From: Candidatus Thorarchaeota archaeon
Lineage (GTDB): Archaea > Asgardarchaeota > Thorarchaeia > Thorarchaeales > Thorarchaeaceae
NCBI GenBank assembly: GCA_048882485.1
Contig: JBHLRP010000006.1
Coordinates: 42,423-106,422 of the forward strand
DNA: 64,000 nt
Direction of reading: 5' to 3'
Shown: in pieces, positions 37,877-47,834 of the stretch
How positions within the stretch are numbered: position 1 is the stretch's first letter
Layout of the letters: each line of letters starts with the position of its first letter
The notes under the pieces: model-generated
What the model was told of the DNA's origin: nothing
The model's input: only the letters and a program-made list of their open reading frames with translations
Databases searched by the model: none
Made by a program: the position numbers and the translations under genes

Positions 37877-38443
37877 TCATTTGTCAGTGCAGGTATCATA
37901 CGCCTCTTTGGCGCCTGCGGCATTTCGAGTGCCAACCTTCCCAGGCCAGTTATCACAGATGACCTTCTGTATGCTGTCTAGCTTCACTAGTCCAGTGGCC
38001 TTGGCAAAAGCACCAAGCATTGTTGTATTGACGACCGGGAGCCCTGCAACCATGAGCTTATGTTTCAGAGCGATGCCTGTGCCATCGTAAGTATAGACAT
38101 GACCTTCAATATCCAGTTCTGATGCACGCTTCTGAGTATTTACAATGACCTTCCCATTTTCTTTAAGGCCCTCAGTGACATCAATCACATCGATGATTCC
38201 AGCATCCAATACTGCTACAATGTCTGGTTCGTAGATCTGACTCCTCACGTTAATCGGACTGTGAGATATCCTTGTGAACGCCTTTACAGGAGCGCCACGA
38301 CGCTCAGAACCAAAGAACGGGAAAGCCTGCACTCCCTCATAACCATCAATATATGCAGCTTTAGCTAGAAGCTCTGCGGACGTCACGCCTCCTTGACCTC
38401 CACGGCCATGCCACCTGATTTCAATCATCTTTCCCATTTTCAA
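37877..38443 (-). CDS. porG: Pyruvate/2-oxoacid:ferredoxin oxidoreductase gamma subunit
   Basis: EIRWHGRGGQGGVT, FGSERRGAPV, VNTTMLGA. Confidence 0.93.
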   Translation of the reverse strand: MKMGKMIEIRWHGRGGQGGVTSAELLAKAAYIDGYEGVQAFPFFGSERRGAPVKAFTRISHSPINVRSQIYEPDIVAVLDAGIIDVIDVTEGLKENGKVIVNTQKRASELDIEGHVYTYDGTGIALKHKLMVAGLPVVNTTMLGAFAKATGLVKLDSIQKVICDNWPGKVGTRNAAGAKEAYDTCTDK

Positions 38444-38520
38444 GACTCCTGTGTTCTTCAGAGGTCAAGCACTGGCGCGTAAAGCGAGGATAAAGGAGTT
38501 TCGCTAAGACTATATGCAAT

Positions 38521-39366
38521 TTGATTCGGATTTCCGAGTTGCTGGAGAGCGAAGAAATGGATGAGTTCATCCAAGCTAACAAGCACATGTGGGAAGGACG
38601 TGTCGATGTCCACAAGGAAAGCAAGTTCTATGATGTAGAAGGCTTCCTGAAAGGAAAACAAACCTTGGACCCAATTGAGTTGGATGAAATCGGAGATGTA
38701 GACGGAAAGTCACTGCTGCATCTAATGTGTCATTTTGGAATGGACACTTTGTCTTGGTCTAGGCTAGGTGCTGAGGCAACAGGTGTAGACTTCTCTGAGA
38801 AAGCCATCAAACTGGCTGGAGAACTTGGTAACCGGATTGGCGTAAAAGCACGGTTCATTGCTTCAGACATCTACGAGCTGCCCGGTTTGCTCGATGATGA
38901 GTTTGACATCGTCTTTACTTCAGGTGGCGTTCTAACTTGGTTGCCAGACTTGAAGAAATGGGCGCAGGTAGTGACCAAATTTGTGAAGCCAGGTGGATTC
39001 TTCTACATCCGTGAGTTTCATCCATTTCCCTATGTGTTTGATGATGATGAGGGTGTAACAGGTCTTAGACTGAGGTATCCTTATTTCACACCTGAGGAGC
39101 CCCTGAAGTTCGAAGATGGCTCAACATATGCGGACCCAGACGCAAAGATTGAGAAGACTGTAACATATGAATGGAATCATAGCTTCTCAGCACTCATCAA
39201 CTCCCTCATCGACGCGGGCCTAAGAATTGATTTCTTCAACGAGTTTCCGTTTACAACATGGAAAGCATTGCCATTCCTAATAGAACGAGAAGATGGGAGG
39301 TGGGTCTTGCCTTCGCATCAGGAGAGCATGCCACTGATGTACTCTCTCAGAGCTACAAAGCTCTAG
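38521..39366 (+). CDS. Class I SAM-dependent methyltransferase
   Basis: LLHLMCHFGMD, GVDFS, FDIVFTS, EFHP. Confidence 0.9.
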   Translation: MIRISELLESEEMDEFIQANKHMWEGRVDVHKESKFYDVEGFLKGKQTLDPIELDEIGDVDGKSLLHLMCHFGMDTLSWSRLGAEATGVDFSEKAIKLAGELGNRIGVKARFIASDIYELPGLLDDEFDIVFTSGGVLTWLPDLKKWAQVVTKFVKPGGFFYIREFHPFPYVFDDDEGVTGLRLRYPYFTPEEPLKFEDGSTYADPDAKIEKTVTYEWNHSFSALINSLIDAGLRIDFFNEFPFTTWKALPFLIEREDGRWVLPSHQESMPLMYSLRATKL

Positions 39367-40742
39367 ATATGCCCCTCCAGAGCGCTGATTACACCTTCGG
39401 CAGAGTTAGCAGCCTGCTGTAGACCAACCCCTGCTCCCGCAGTATCAGTTCCAACGATGTATAGTCCCTTGACAGGTGTTTCTGGACCTGGTCGGTCCAA
39501 ATCTGTTTGACCTGGTATCAGGGCGGCCCTCGTTGCGTAGGAGGATTGGATATGTTCCATTTCAATGTGGTCTAGGACTTCAGGATGGTATAATGCAAGT
39601 CCATTTTTCTTCACTGCATCAATAATGTCCTGTGGTCTAGCCTTCTCAGGCAGAATAGCAGCAATGCCAATTAGCTCTTTGCCTTCAGGCGCGCATGAAG
39701 GGTCAAAACTCGATACTGAAACCATCCAGAAATTTGGAGTTGGATGAACGATCACCCTTGACTTTCTATCACCAATCACAATTTGATCCAATCCTAACCA
39801 CAATGTGACTCCCCTAGTTGGTTCCATGTGACTCCAACGTTCAAAGAAACTGGCTATCTGGCCATCATCGGATTGAATAATCTTGGGCATCGACTTTAGT
39901 GGAATATTACTAACTACCAAGTTATGTTCCAGTGTTCTACCCGATACAACGAGATTCTGAATTGATCCATGTTTTTCCGTGATTGCTTCTACTGGTGCAT
40001 TCAAAACATAGTCACCATCGATGGCATCAACCACGCGATTAACTAATCCTTGCATTCCTCCTATCGCCAAAGCCTCATCATACTCAGCACCTCCTAATAG
40101 GAGCCTTTTTGCTGATTGTAGCTTATTACTCTCCTTATCAGTGTCCTTCAATGTGCGGAGAGCTTCATAGGCTGAAGCTCTATTGATTGGAACTCCCGCA
40201 GCCATGTAAATTGCGCTCTGCATTACATCAAGCATAACCTGATTCGTGGCACCTTCCGACTCCATATACTCCTGGAAAGTGATGTCCTTGTATCTCTGCA
40301 TCTCCTCAAGCTTCATGGTTTTAATCTTGGCACCAATCCTTGCCAAGCCTAGGCGCCCTTTTGCTCCCGTCAAAGGCCACCTGAGAGTCTCTCCAACACT
40401 CGATGGAATCGTGCCAACTTTGTCATGAACCCTGAAGAACCATCCCTCATGCAGCACAAACATGGGTGGTGGATCTAGATACGTCCGCAGAAACCTTGCG
40501 AAGGCACCTCGCTTTACCCGAGTGATAACGTGCAGGCCCTGATCCACACGATAGCCATCGACCCAGTAGCCATGCCAAACACCCCCAATGCGATCAGCCA
40601 TCTCAAGCATTAGAACCTTCTTACCTTTAGCTGTAAGTCCAAGAGCAGTAAGCAAGCCTCCAGCTCCTGCTCCACAGATGATAGCATCATATTTTGAGGT
40701 GTCAACTTGGTCGATTGTGATTTCTCGCATGGTCTGGCTCAA
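39363..40742 (-). CDS. FAD-dependent oxidoreductase, phytoene desaturase-like
   Basis: GAGAGG, E...RIGG, DPSCAPEGK, TPVKGLYIVG. Confidence 0.85.
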   Translation of the reverse strand: MSQTMREITIDQVDTSKYDAIICGAGAGGLLTALGLTAKGKKVLMLEMADRIGGVWHGYWVDGYRVDQGLHVITRVKRGAFARFLRTYLDPPPMFVLHEGWFFRVHDKVGTIPSSVGETLRWPLTGAKGRLGLARIGAKIKTMKLEEMQRYKDITFQEYMESEGATNQVMLDVMQSAIYMAAGVPINRASAYEALRTLKDTDKESNKLQSAKRLLLGGAEYDEALAIGGMQGLVNRVVDAIDGDYVLNAPVEAITEKHGSIQNLVVSGRTLEHNLVVSNIPLKSMPKIIQSDDGQIASFFERWSHMEPTRGVTLWLGLDQIVIGDRKSRVIVHPTPNFWMVSVSSFDPSCAPEGKELIGIAAILPEKARPQDIIDAVKKNGLALYHPEVLDHIEMEHIQSSYATRAALIPGQTDLDRPGPETPVKGLYIVGTDTAGAGVGLQQAANSAEGVISALEGHI

Positions 40743-40791
40743 AAATGCTCGGAGTCGTGCCCACTTAAGCAGTGCGCTAGAGGTTTCTCAC

Positions 40792-41895
40792 TTAAAGCAA
40801 ATCAACAACTCGATTCTTGTTTGCGGATTCGTAGGCTGCATCCACGACCTTGTGTGCAGAAATGGCATCAAGGAAATTCGGAGATGGTTCTTCATCTGCT
40901 TGAACCGCTTTGATGAATGAATAGCTCAAGGCTGAGAATCTCTCTGTTCCTACATTTGTCAGGGCATCAAGAGATTCTGGAGCCATATTCTTGGAATGGA
41001 GACCAAGAGCTTCTAGCAGCGCTAAATTAGCTTGGGGCTCATCAATTCTCACAGGAAGCTCATTCTGAAGATGGTACTCCAACCAACGATTGCCTGTTTC
41101 AAGATTTATGGTTATGAGGCCTTTTTCAAAGAAGAATTCGATGCTACGTTCATTCTGTCGATCGACCTGATGCCAGATGGAAACAAGTGTGCTAACAACG
41201 CCATCCTTGTGGGTCATTACAAGCGAAGCTTGATCCTCAACCTCTCTCTCTGAGAAGAAGCCGATCTTGGCGTAAACACTCGTTATCTCTCCGAAGAACC
41301 ACTGTAGAATGTCTAGGTCGTGAATACTGTGCTCAATGAGAGTCCCTCCACCCGCAATGGACTTGTCTCCTCTCCATTGTGTGTAGAACCCATAATCTAC
41401 TGGAAACCGCTGGTCATCTCGAATGTGAGCATGCATAGGTCGGCCGAATTCCTTGGTTTCGGTGAGTTTCTTAGCATAGAGCAGGAAGGGGTCAAAACGA
41501 AGAACAAGTCCCACTCCGGCTTTGATATCTTCACTCTTTGCCACAGCGAAAAGGTCTCTCGCCTGAGGACAACTATGTGCCAATGGCTTCTCACAGAAAA
41601 CATCCTTGTGTGCCCTTGCCGCAGCCGTCACAATGTCAATATGCTTGTTTGTCGGTGTGCAGACATAGACCAAGTCAACATTCTCGTCATTAATGAGATC
41701 GTCATAGTTTTCATATGTCTTATCCACTTCATAGAGATTAGCTGCGCGTTGCAAGGACTCCTTGTCAATATCACAAAGTGCAGCAATCTCTACATTAACA
41801 AGCCCGGCTTCACGAAGCGCCGCAATTCCTAGAAGATGCATCTGGCCAACGTTGCCGGTCCCAATTAAACCCAAGCCAGTCTTTGTTCTGCTCAA
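40792..41895 (-). CDS. Gfo/Idh/MocA oxidoreductase
   Basis: GLIGTG, CEKPLA, GGTLIEHSIHDLD. Confidence 0.9.
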   Translation of the reverse strand: MSRTKTGLGLIGTGNVGQMHLLGIAALREAGLVNVEIAALCDIDKESLQRAANLYEVDKTYENYDDLINDENVDLVYVCTPTNKHIDIVTAAARAHKDVFCEKPLAHSCPQARDLFAVAKSEDIKAGVGLVLRFDPFLLYAKKLTETKEFGRPMHAHIRDDQRFPVDYGFYTQWRGDKSIAGGGTLIEHSIHDLDILQWFFGEITSVYAKIGFFSEREVEDQASLVMTHKDGVVSTLVSIWHQVDRQNERSIEFFFEKGLITINLETGNRWLEYHLQNELPVRIDEPQANLALLEALGLHSKNMAPESLDALTNVGTERFSALSYSFIKAVQADEEPSPNFLDAISAHKVVDAAYESANKNRVVDLL

Positions 41896-42004
41896 AGGGT
41901 TTCAACTGCCATTGTTCGCTTCCCTCGGGTGCATATGAGTGTTCTGAAACCTATATTCTCCCTGGGAAGGGAACGACTAGTATTAATAAGCATCAGATAT
42001 TCGA

Positions 42005-43867
42005 ATGATGTATCAGGAGCCTAGTTCAGTGACTTCAGTAGACGAGCTATTGTTGCAGGCCAAGAGTGCCCTTCAAGAGGGCAGAAGAGAGGCTGGTGCA
42101 AAATTGCTTGATGAGGCTGCAGGTGTCTTTGCAGCGCAGGAAGTCCATGACAAGGCGGCTATTCTATATGAACGCGCAGCTCTGATCTATAGAGAGGTCT
42201 ATCTTGCCTATGAATCGTTCAAGGCTTTTGAGAATGCAACATTGATGTTGATTCGACAGCCAAATACTCCAGAATTGCAGCAGAAGATTGTTGACCTCAA
42301 TACACAGGCTGGAGATACAGCTGAGGAAACCACTGATTACAAGAGAGCAGCTGATTTCTACTTTCGCGCATCAGATTTTGTAATTGATGATGAGGCGAAG
42401 CAACAACTCACTATGAAAGCAGCGGATGCACTTGAAAGCTTGGCAGATACAAGAGAAGAGGAAGACGACCTTGAAAGCGCTGTCAGTCTGCTCAAGAAAG
42501 TTGGTCGACTCTATTACACGTGTGGGGACGATGAACTGGGGAAGAGGATAAACGATAGGGCGGCCAAAATCGCTCAGAAATGGGCTCAGAAAGCTAAGGA
42601 AACCGGTGACCTTCTCTCAGCTGGAAACGCTCTCGCTGAAGCAGCGCAGATCATGCAGACCGAAGGCGAATCGCCTGAAGCCACAAGACTGATGATGGAG
42701 GCAGGAGAGCTTTACGAAGCTGTGAGTCTATTTGAGAAAGCTGGCAACATCTATGACGCTGCACAGGAATCTTATCAGATGCTACGACAGACATCAGGAC
42801 GACGAACAGCTATCACAAAGGCAGCTGAAGCCTATCTTAAGATGGAAGGTAAGCCTCAGGTACTTGCACCTTTGCTGATTAAAGCAGGAAATCTCTTCCT
42901 TGAGATTGGACTTGATGTGAAAGCAAAATGGGCATTCAAACGCGGCAACGAACTATTTGGTGTGCTTGCACAGAAAGCTGGCGAAAACGACGAAATAGAC
43001 TCGCAGATGCAGCACCTGAGATTTCAAGCACTATGTCTCATGAAATGGGGTAGAGATGAAGAAGCTGATAGGCTATATACAGACGTGATTGAGTATTACC
43101 TCGGTCAAGCAGAACTTGAGAGAGACAACAAGGAGGCATACGGTCTAGCCTTGGAGGCTGCGTCTGATGTTCTTAATGAGGCACAACGCCATGAGGAAGC
43201 TAGAGCGCATCTCGAAAGGGCTCTTGAGATGTTTGTGGACCTTGCGGAGGAATTTGCTTCCTCAGAAATGTTGGATGAGAGTTCAAGAATATATAGCAAG
43301 GCGGCTGACTGCGCGAAGAAACTGGGCTATGATGAAAAGAGTGTATCCTACCATGAGATTGCCAGTGTCAAGGCAGAAGAGGCAGCCAACTCCTATATGG
43401 AAATGGATGTTAAGGAGTTGGCAATAATATGGCTGAGAACAGCTGGAACGGAAGCCCTCAAGACTGGAAAGGAGGATCTGTTGGATAGAGCCATAGGTCT
43501 ATTGAGAGACTCAGCTGACGGTTTCAAGTCTATTGATGCAATGAGTGATGCATTTGAGGATTTATTCACGGTTTTTGAAACGTTGTTTCTGCATCGTTCT
43601 GACAATAAGGATGAGATTACGAAGGTATTGTCTGAAATGGATGAGTTGGCTCGTGCAACACAGGACTACAAAATGCATTCCCTCATGACTGTCATCAACT
43701 CGGTGGAAAAGGGCAATCCAACAGCAGCCTTGCTCACACTTCAAGAGAGAGAAGAAGAGCTTTTGTCGCTCCGTGAACGGCTACTTGCATTGATTAGGCA
43801 TTCAAAGGAAGTTAGGGCGCCCGAGGATGTAGAAGCAACCGGAAGAACTCATTGGCTCTACAAATAG
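42005..43867 (+). CDS. Large alpha-SNAP/TPR-like helical repeat protein
   Basis: Recurrent AA..Y/F..AA helices (KAAILYERAA, RAADFYFRAS, SSRIYSKAADC). Confidence 0.65.
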   Translation: MMYQEPSSVTSVDELLLQAKSALQEGRREAGAKLLDEAAGVFAAQEVHDKAAILYERAALIYREVYLAYESFKAFENATLMLIRQPNTPELQQKIVDLNTQAGDTAEETTDYKRAADFYFRASDFVIDDEAKQQLTMKAADALESLADTREEEDDLESAVSLLKKVGRLYYTCGDDELGKRINDRAAKIAQKWAQKAKETGDLLSAGNALAEAAQIMQTEGESPEATRLMMEAGELYEAVSLFEKAGNIYDAAQESYQMLRQTSGRRTAITKAAEAYLKMEGKPQVLAPLLIKAGNLFLEIGLDVKAKWAFKRGNELFGVLAQKAGENDEIDSQMQHLRFQALCLMKWGRDEEADRLYTDVIEYYLGQAELERDNKEAYGLALEAASDVLNEAQRHEEARAHLERALEMFVDLAEEFASSEMLDESSRIYSKAADCAKKLGYDEKSVSYHEIASVKAEEAANSYMEMDVKELAIIWLRTAGTEALKTGKEDLLDRAIGLLRDSADGFKSIDAMSDAFEDLFTVFETLFLHRSDNKDEITKVLSEMDELARATQDYKMHSLMTVINSVEKGNPTAALLTLQEREEELLSLRERLLALIRHSKEVRAPEDVEATGRTHWLYK

Positions 43868-43907
43868 ATACTTCACAAAGATAACTCCTATTGTATTTGA
43901 TAAGAAG

Positions 43908-44336
43908 GTGAGTTGGATGGCGACATATCATAAGTCACTCACATTGAACACGAAGGGGAATTGCGATATAATCGACATAACAGGGAGGGTTGAAGACATT
44001 TTGAGAGAGAGTGGTTTTACAGCAGGAATATGTACCGTGTTTTGTCCTGGTTCAACAGCTTCCATAACAACAATTGAGTATGAGGGAGGCCTTCTGAAGG
44101 ATTTTCCAGATGCATTAGATCGACTTGTGCCAGAGGACATCACTTACGAACATCATCTCCGCTGGGGTGATGGTAACGGTCATTCTCATGTGAGAGCATC
44201 ATTGATGGGCCCAAGCCTAACCATACCATTTACAGGCCACTCATTGACCTTGGGAACATGGCAGCAAGTGGTGTGCTGCGATTTCGACAACAAAGCCAGG
44301 AATAGAAGAATCGAGATTATGCTCATAGGCGAGTAA
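43908..44336 (+). CDS. YjbQ/UPF0047 family protein
   Basis: GSTASITTIE, NGHSHVRASL, LGTWQ. Confidence 0.92.
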   Translation: MSWMATYHKSLTLNTKGNCDIIDITGRVEDILRESGFTAGICTVFCPGSTASITTIEYEGGLLKDFPDALDRLVPEDITYEHHLRWGDGNGHSHVRASLMGPSLTIPFTGHSLTLGTWQQVVCCDFDNKARNRRIEIMLIGE

Positions 44337-44606
44337 TCAGAACAATTCAGATTCTTCATCTAGGTCCCACTCAAGCTGTCTGATACTAGTGGGAACAGGG
44401 CTTTCATCTCGTATTTTGTAAGCCAAGTAGTGGATGCGTAGTGAACGCCTTAGTCGATGAAGCTGGAATGGCATATTCCAATCCGGATTCTTCTGTCTGT
44501 ATTCAAGAGTGTCCATGAGATTCCTGATGGTGTCTAGCTCACGTTTAACCTGTGCCTTCACATCATCAAGATCACGGTCAATCGTAAGCGCGCCTCCGTT
44601 TGTCAT
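44337..44606 (-). CDS. Hypothetical protein
   Basis: 89-aa ORF with SD-like AGGTG upstream, fills the intergenic space. Confidence 0.55.
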   Translation of the reverse strand: MTNGGALTIDRDLDDVKAQVKRELDTIRNLMDTLEYRQKNPDWNMPFQLHRLRRSLRIHYLAYKIRDESPVPTSIRQLEWDLDEESELF

Positions 44607-44666
44607 CTGGAAACACCTTACTCACTACTCTCTGTAATCCATTAAACTAGGAGTATAACCATGGTA

Positions 44667-45188
44667 TTACTCAGAGCAGTTGATCTTTTCCCTTTTCTTT
44701 GGTTTTCTTCGCATTTCAGTGCCGCACACGGGACACTCCAAATGGGATATGCTCGCGGATTCCTCATTTCCGCATCCAGGGCATTTTAGCACCCAGGTGA
44801 TCTTCTCCTTCATTCTCCCTGTTGGATCTGATGTGCGAAGACCGAGGGCGGCTGCAGTGTTAAGCAATGCCAAATCACTAGATACAACACTAACTTCGTG
44901 GCCAAGGTGCTTTTGCTTAAGGCCCAGTGATATCAGTTCCAAATCCTCTTGGCTTAATACACCATAGTCACCGATTTCGCGTGCCTTCTTCTCAGTCTTT
45001 TCAATTGAATCAGCATCTGGCGATGCAATTCGTAATCTGTCCGTCGAGAGAAGATTCTGAACCCTGTTTTTGCTTGGTCGGTTTTGAATCTCATCAATCA
45101 CTGACTGAGTTGTAATGAAAGCTAGGTTTGGATTCTTCGTCGTCCATTGAGAGAGCAAGGCTCCAGTGTCGAGTACGTAGATATGCAA
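44667..45188 (-). CDS. nob1: Nob1-like PIN endonuclease with Zn ribbon
   Basis: VLDTGAL, LSQEDLE, SSDLAL, CPGC...CPVCG. Confidence 0.88.
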   Translation of the reverse strand: MHIYVLDTGALLSQWTTKNPNLAFITTQSVIDEIQNRPSKNRVQNLLSTDRLRIASPDADSIEKTEKKAREIGDYGVLSQEDLELISLGLKQKHLGHEVSVVSSDLALLNTAAALGLRTSDPTGRMKEKITWVLKCPGCGNEESASISHLECPVCGTEMRRKPKKREKINCSE

Positions 45189-45199
45189 AAACGAGCCAC

Positions 45200-46078
45200 C
45201 TAGAGAGTTCGTGGGACGAGACGCGTATTGATTCGGTCCCAGTAGTTGTCATACAATCGGATGAAACGAGATACACCCTTTGCCTTCTTGACCCAAACAG
45301 TTTCTGAAGGCTCTACATTCCAACGTGTCTGCCCATCAATCACTGCCAAGCCGGCAGCCCCGGGTTTTACTAGTTCCATCTCGAGAACGCTACTATCCGG
45401 AATCACCACCGATTTCAGCTCAAAACGCGGCGGGCAAACTGGAACAAAGATGAATCCATTGACATTTGGAGAGAGAATTGATCCTCCCGCAGCAAGGGCG
45501 TATGCTGTTGAACCGCAGGGCGTCGCCACCATTGCGCCATCAGCTCGGCCATAGTCAATTCGAACATCGTCGAGATGAACCTGAAATGTCAATAGCCTGC
45601 CGGGTATTCTTGAAACCACATAGACTTCATTGAGTGCGTTCTCGAATTCTCTATCGCTAACCCCAGATGCGATATTTGCATTCACTTCCAAAACGCACTG
45701 ATTTTTGATAACTTTCTCAAGTGCACCCAATGCAGTTGTAGTGCTAGCTTCGGTCAGGAACCCGACATTTCCCCGATTAACACAGAAAAGCGGAGTTTCA
45801 CGGTCCTTCAGCCTAGATAGAGCATAAAGTATAGTTCCATCACCGCCGATGGTCACCACGAAATCAACATCCATGTCTTCAATTGGAGTAGGAACAGCGT
45901 TTTTTGCCGTGACGCTGCATGAGCCTGGATCAACCTGAACATCAATATCTTTGGTGAGAAGGAGCTCTGCTATGCGATTTGCAATGCGTTCAATCTCGAT
46001 ACGGCCGGGCTTGCAAACGAGACCAACAGCTCTGCGGTCACTGAGAATTTTCGGACTCTCAACAATCAAGGCTGGCAC
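45200..46078 (-). CDS. nadK: NAD(+) kinase
   Basis: GGDGT, GNVGFL, ALNE, ADG...TPCGSTAYALAAGG. Confidence 0.95.
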   Translation of the reverse strand: MPALIVESPKILSDRRAVGLVCKPGRIEIERIANRIAELLLTKDIDVQVDPGSCSVTAKNAVPTPIEDMDVDFVVTIGGDGTILYALSRLKDRETPLFCVNRGNVGFLTEASTTTALGALEKVIKNQCVLEVNANIASGVSDREFENALNEVYVVSRIPGRLLTFQVHLDDVRIDYGRADGAMVATPCGSTAYALAAGGSILSPNVNGFIFVPVCPPRFELKSVVIPDSSVLEMELVKPGAAGLAVIDGQTRWNVEPSETVWVKKAKGVSRFIRLYDNYWDRINTRLVPRTL

Positions 46079-46215
46079 TTCCGACTGGTCCTGACTACAG
46101 TTCCCTTTTACTCTTGTTATTGCCCTGATTATCTGAAAACTCGATTTCCCGCAAAGTATTTAGATGATGCAGAAGGTGTTGGGATGAATCTGCCTACAAG
46201 GCTTGGTGGTGTATT

Positions 46216-46614
46216 GTGAGCATTCAGAAAAAGACCGCGAAGGGATTGAAACCAGGGAGTTATTTCCTAATTGATGGAGAACCATGTAGAGTGATATCCA
46301 TAGAGAAGTCAAAGCCTGGAAAACATGGTTCTGCAAAGGCCAATATCACAGCAGTGGGTTTCTTCGATAATAGAAAACGGAATGTCATAATGCCGGCAGA
46401 TCGTCAAGTGGATGTGCCCCTGATTGATAAAAGAAGCGCTACCATCATTGCAGACATGGGAGAGACTTTGAGTCTGATGGATACAGGCGAGCCCTACGAA
46501 ACTTATGAAGTAGCAAGACCCACAGATGAGGAGATGGCTACCAAGATCGCACTCAATGCTGAAGTTGAAGTCTGGGATGTAATGGGCACAAAGGTCATCA
46601 CCAGGGTGAAGTAG
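46216..46614 (+). CDS. eif5a: Translation factor aIF-5A
   Basis: SKPGKHGSAK hypusine motif. Confidence 0.97.
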   Translation: MSIQKKTAKGLKPGSYFLIDGEPCRVISIEKSKPGKHGSAKANITAVGFFDNRKRNVIMPADRQVDVPLIDKRSATIIADMGETLSLMDTGEPYETYEVARPTDEEMATKIALNAEVEVWDVMGTKVITRVK

Positions 46615-46651
46615 AAGGTTTCAGCGCGCTCTTCACAGTTCATCCAGACCA

Positions 46652-47155
46652 GTGGATACTATTCATTTATCACCCACGGAGTCAGATTGCCAAATGACAT
46701 CCGGAGTTGATCCTATGGGCTCGGAAGAGAAACTTGGCAAGTACGATATGAAAATAATAAAGGAGCTCTTGGAAAACTCGAGAAGTCCACTCAGGGATAT
46801 CGGAAAACGAGTCAAACTTAGCGCTAGTTCTGTGAGAAATAGAATGGCTCGCTTAGAAGCCATGAATGTGATTAAGAAATACACAGTTGATGTTGATTGG
46901 AGAAAGCTAGGATATGATATAGAAGTAATTTTGCTGATTTCATCTTGGATGACGGCGTCCAGAGAGATTCACGAAACCCTCTCACAGTTTGAACAAGTGA
47001 GTAGGGTCTATTGGACTGCTGGCACAGCTAATCTAGTCTGCTTTATCCGTGTAGAAACAATGCAGGAACTATCCGCATTCATAACAGAGAATTTGGAGAA
47101 ACTGCGTGGTATTGAGAGGGTCGAGAGTCTATTTATCATGCCAGTGCCAGAATGA
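46652..47155 (+). CDS. Lrp/AsnC transcription regulator (start probably 46715)
   Basis: DMKIIKELLENSR...SASSVRNRMARLE, VDWRKLG. Confidence 0.9.
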   Translation: MDTIHLSPTESDCQMTSGVDPMGSEEKLGKYDMKIIKELLENSRSPLRDIGKRVKLSASSVRNRMARLEAMNVIKKYTVDVDWRKLGYDIEVILLISSWMTASREIHETLSQFEQVSRVYWTAGTANLVCFIRVETMQELSAFITENLEKLRGIERVESLFIMPVPE

Positions 47156-47157
47156 GG

Positions 47158-47179
47158 TGGTAGCACGGGCGAGATTTGA
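47158..47179 (-). repeat. Degenerate copy of the tRNA-Leu 3' end (att-like)
   Basis: TGGTagcacGGGCGAGATTtGA vs TGGTgcggaGGGCGAGATTcGA at 47653, same spacing. Confidence 0.55.
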
Positions 47180-47367
47180 CTAGAGTGTTCTCCTTGGCCA
47201 ATCAAAGCAATCACATGGATATAAGAAGATGTAGATATATTGGGGCCTATTGAGTGAACCAATTGAAGAAGGACTTCCTAGTATTATCTCTCATATTAGG
47301 CCTGATAGGAACTACTGCAGTTGTCATATCGTCAAGCCGTCAAATCAATGTGCCAATTCCTTAAGAT

Positions 47368-47640
47368 GTGGAGGGTAAATTGGGCGAGAATTTGATTAGA
47401 AGTATACAATATGGGACATGGGGATTAATGCATGATTGTCGCATTGCGTGTAATTCCTTAGAGGGGATGTTCACGGTCATAGATTTTCTGAACAATGAAT
47501 CTGTGGAGGATTTCTACTATCGACTACCATATCCTAGGATACATGTATTCCTCACAGCTGAGCAAATCTACACGATTGCTAGAATGGCTGAAGTGACAAG
47601 TATTCGGCATCCATCAACAGTTACTGTTGTCACGCCATAG
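47368..47640 (+). CDS. Hypothetical protein in a tRNA-Leu-linked mini insert
   Basis: 90-aa ORF between the att-like copy and the tRNA. Confidence 0.45.
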   Translation: MEGKLGENLIRSIQYGTWGLMHDCRIACNSLEGMFTVIDFLNNESVEDFYYRLPYPRIHVFLTAEQIYTIARMAEVTSIRHPSTVTVVTP

Positions 47641-47652
47641 GATGTAAAATAA

Positions 47653-47769
47653 TGGTGCGGAGGGCGAGATTCGAACTCGCGAACTTCTACAAGATTCCCC
47701 TGCAATCACCAGGGTGAACGCATCAGGGACCTGAGCCCTGCGCCTTTGACCAGGCTTGGCAACCTCCGC
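47653..47769 (-). tRNA. tRNA-Leu(CAG) with a 29-nt intron (47695-47723) at position 43/44; CCA encoded
   Basis: Acceptor GCGGAGG/CCTCCGC, anticodon arm CAGGG-CTCAGGT-CCCTG, T arm GCGAG-TTCGAAT-CTCGC, BHB motif. Confidence 0.92.
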
Positions 47770-47834
47770 ATTCGAACAACTCGGAATTCGCGACTTATGA
47801 TAAGGATTTCTATAAATCGTGGACCGCGAGCGAT

